Source: Laetmonice hystrix (Eukaryota). Taken from it: a stretch of 64,000 nt of DNA. Position 1 is the stretch's first letter. Each line of letters opens with the position of its first letter. Both the position numbers and the translations under genes were made by a program. The stretch spans positions 21,454,001 to 21,518,000 of the forward strand of contig OZ249436.1 in the NCBI GenBank assembly GCA_965235115.1. Reading direction: 5' to 3'. A model generated the notes under the pieces. It was not told the DNA's origin. It saw only the letters and a program-made list of their open reading frames with translations, and searched no databases. This document shows, piece after piece, positions 62,701 to 64,000 of this stretch.

Positions 62701-64000
62701 CGAAAAATGGCTACTATTTTGATACGTCAAATTGAAACTACGCCCCCCAAAGTTATGATTCTTAGGCCAGATGTATCACTGTCAAACGTATAGGTCTCGT
62801 ACGTTCGCTACAGATATATGGTTGTGATGTGTAGGCCTATGCTTCCCATTTGAGTATCTTCTCCAGATTTTAACATTAGATGCTCCTCGCCAGTACCTTT
62901 CATTTCCACTACCTCACTGTAGTGTTTGCATGACTACTAGGACAGTCGGTAAGATGTACGGACTTCTCACTCTACTGGTTGGCCCCCCACACTGCTTGGC
63001 CTCACAGTGTACTGTTTGGCCTCACTGTACTCTTTGGCCTCACTGTAGTGTTCGCTGGGGTGCTAGGCCAGCCAGTACCTTGTAGCGATTCCTCACTGTA
63101 CCGTTTGTCCTCCCTGTACCGTTTGCTTGTATACAACAGTAGCCAGTAATATAGGGACGCCTCATGTTTCATGTTTCCATGCCTTTATTGTCCAGGAGGC
63201 AGGCCATACGTTTCGTCTATCATCTACTCCCATCTAATCTATGTCCCTTACAGACCATCTGTAAGCGTGCGACAACGTTGTCAGGTCGTCCCAATGACTG
63301 TTTGCCGTAAAGGTTTAGTTAACAATGGCAAATGACGTTGTACGCCTTTTCTATATCAGATATCCCATCCCCAAGTAAGAAACATAAAGAAAGAGTACAG
63401 AGGTGTTGCAGGCAAGGAACACCAGGGTGCAGCGCAGCTCTACTGAAGCGGCGGCGGGGGCGGCGACTGCACTGCCATCTTCCGGCTACCGGTGGAATCA
63501 CCACGTATACCTGGCCGGGCTGGCGGGCACCTGTGGCTCTTAGGTTAAAGTAATGAGAAGCGAAAAATGGCTACTATTCTGATACGTCAAATTGAAACTA
63601 CGCCCCCCAAAGTTATGATTCTTAGGCCAGATGTATCACTGTCAAACGTATAGTTCTCTTACGTTCGCTACAGATATATGGTTGTGATGTGTATGCTTCC
63701 CATTTGAGTATCTTTTCCAGATTTTAACATTAGATGCTCCTCGCCAGTACCTTTCATTTCCACTACCTCACTGTAGTGTTTGCATGACTACTAGGACAGT
63801 CGGTAAGATGTACGGACTTCTTACTCTACTGGTTGGCCCCCCACACTGCTTGGCCTCACAGTGTACTGTTTGGCCTCACTGTACTCTTTGGCCTCACTGT
63901 AGTGTTCGCTGGGGTGCTAGGCCAGCCAGTACCTTGTAGCGATTCCTCACTGTACCGTTTGTCCTCCCTGTACCGTTTGCTTGTATACAACAGTAGCCAG
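50732..64000. repeat. ~866-bp tandem repeat array, 15 units plus a partial 16th, continuing beyond the window
   Basis: Anchors at 51912, 52779, 53645, 54511, 55387, 56246, 57105, 57979, 58839, ~59710, 60735, 61606, 62472, 63332 (period 859-876; 1025 where a MITE is inserted). First unit ~700 bp and diverged. Internal TTGGCCTCACTGT sub-repeats. Confidence 0.98.
60267..60432. mobile_element. 166-bp MITE inserted in one array unit, 5-bp TSD
   Basis: CTCTT|CAGGGCTGTCCA ... TGGCCAGCCTTG|CTCTT; other units show the empty site gta-CTCTT-tggcc. Confidence 0.95.

Noticed and set aside
51504..63553. Recurrent 61-73-aa ORFs in the array (MTLYAFSISDIP..., MVIPPVAGRW...)
   Set aside because: Short, overlapping on opposite strands, no domain, and broken by stops in some units; they recur only because the DNA is repeated.
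50732..64000. 5S rRNA, snRNA, SL RNA, tRNA or hammerhead ribozyme in the unit
   Set aside because: Only short chance matches (GGCCATAC, ATACCTGG, CTGAAGA); no continuation, Sm site with structure, cloverleaf or CUGANGA..GAAA core seen. An Rfam scan is still needed.

Overview
Eukaryotic (animal, probably marine invertebrate) genomic DNA with GT-AG introns. It holds four genes: (1) the 3' half of TSC2/tuberin (+, 530-14260, intact Rap/Rheb-GAP domain); (2) a probable small orphan single-pass membrane protein gene (-, CDS ~24043-24645), head-to-head with (3) a complete LUC7-like splicing factor gene (+, 27086-38736); and (4) a 3-exon, 714-aa gene (-, 43833-48121) derived from a Crypton-type tyrosine recombinase (DUF3504-like). 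Gene 4 has a Tudor-like N-terminus, an internally duplicated recombinase N-domain and a destroyed active site, and the fossil catalytic tail is still readable out of frame past the stop. Just upstream of gene 4 are nested TGT...ACA (Ginger-like) elements carrying a palindromic 95-bp satellite, then a ~13-kb array of ~866-bp tandem repeats running off the window. The array records transposon activity: one unit has a MITE with a 5-bp TSD, another has an apparent excision footprint at the same site, and several TA sites are polymorphic for TA-(G/C filler)-TA. Many MITEs with 5- or 6-bp TSDs sit in introns and intergenic DNA. All homology calls are by eye from remembered motifs; no searches were run.
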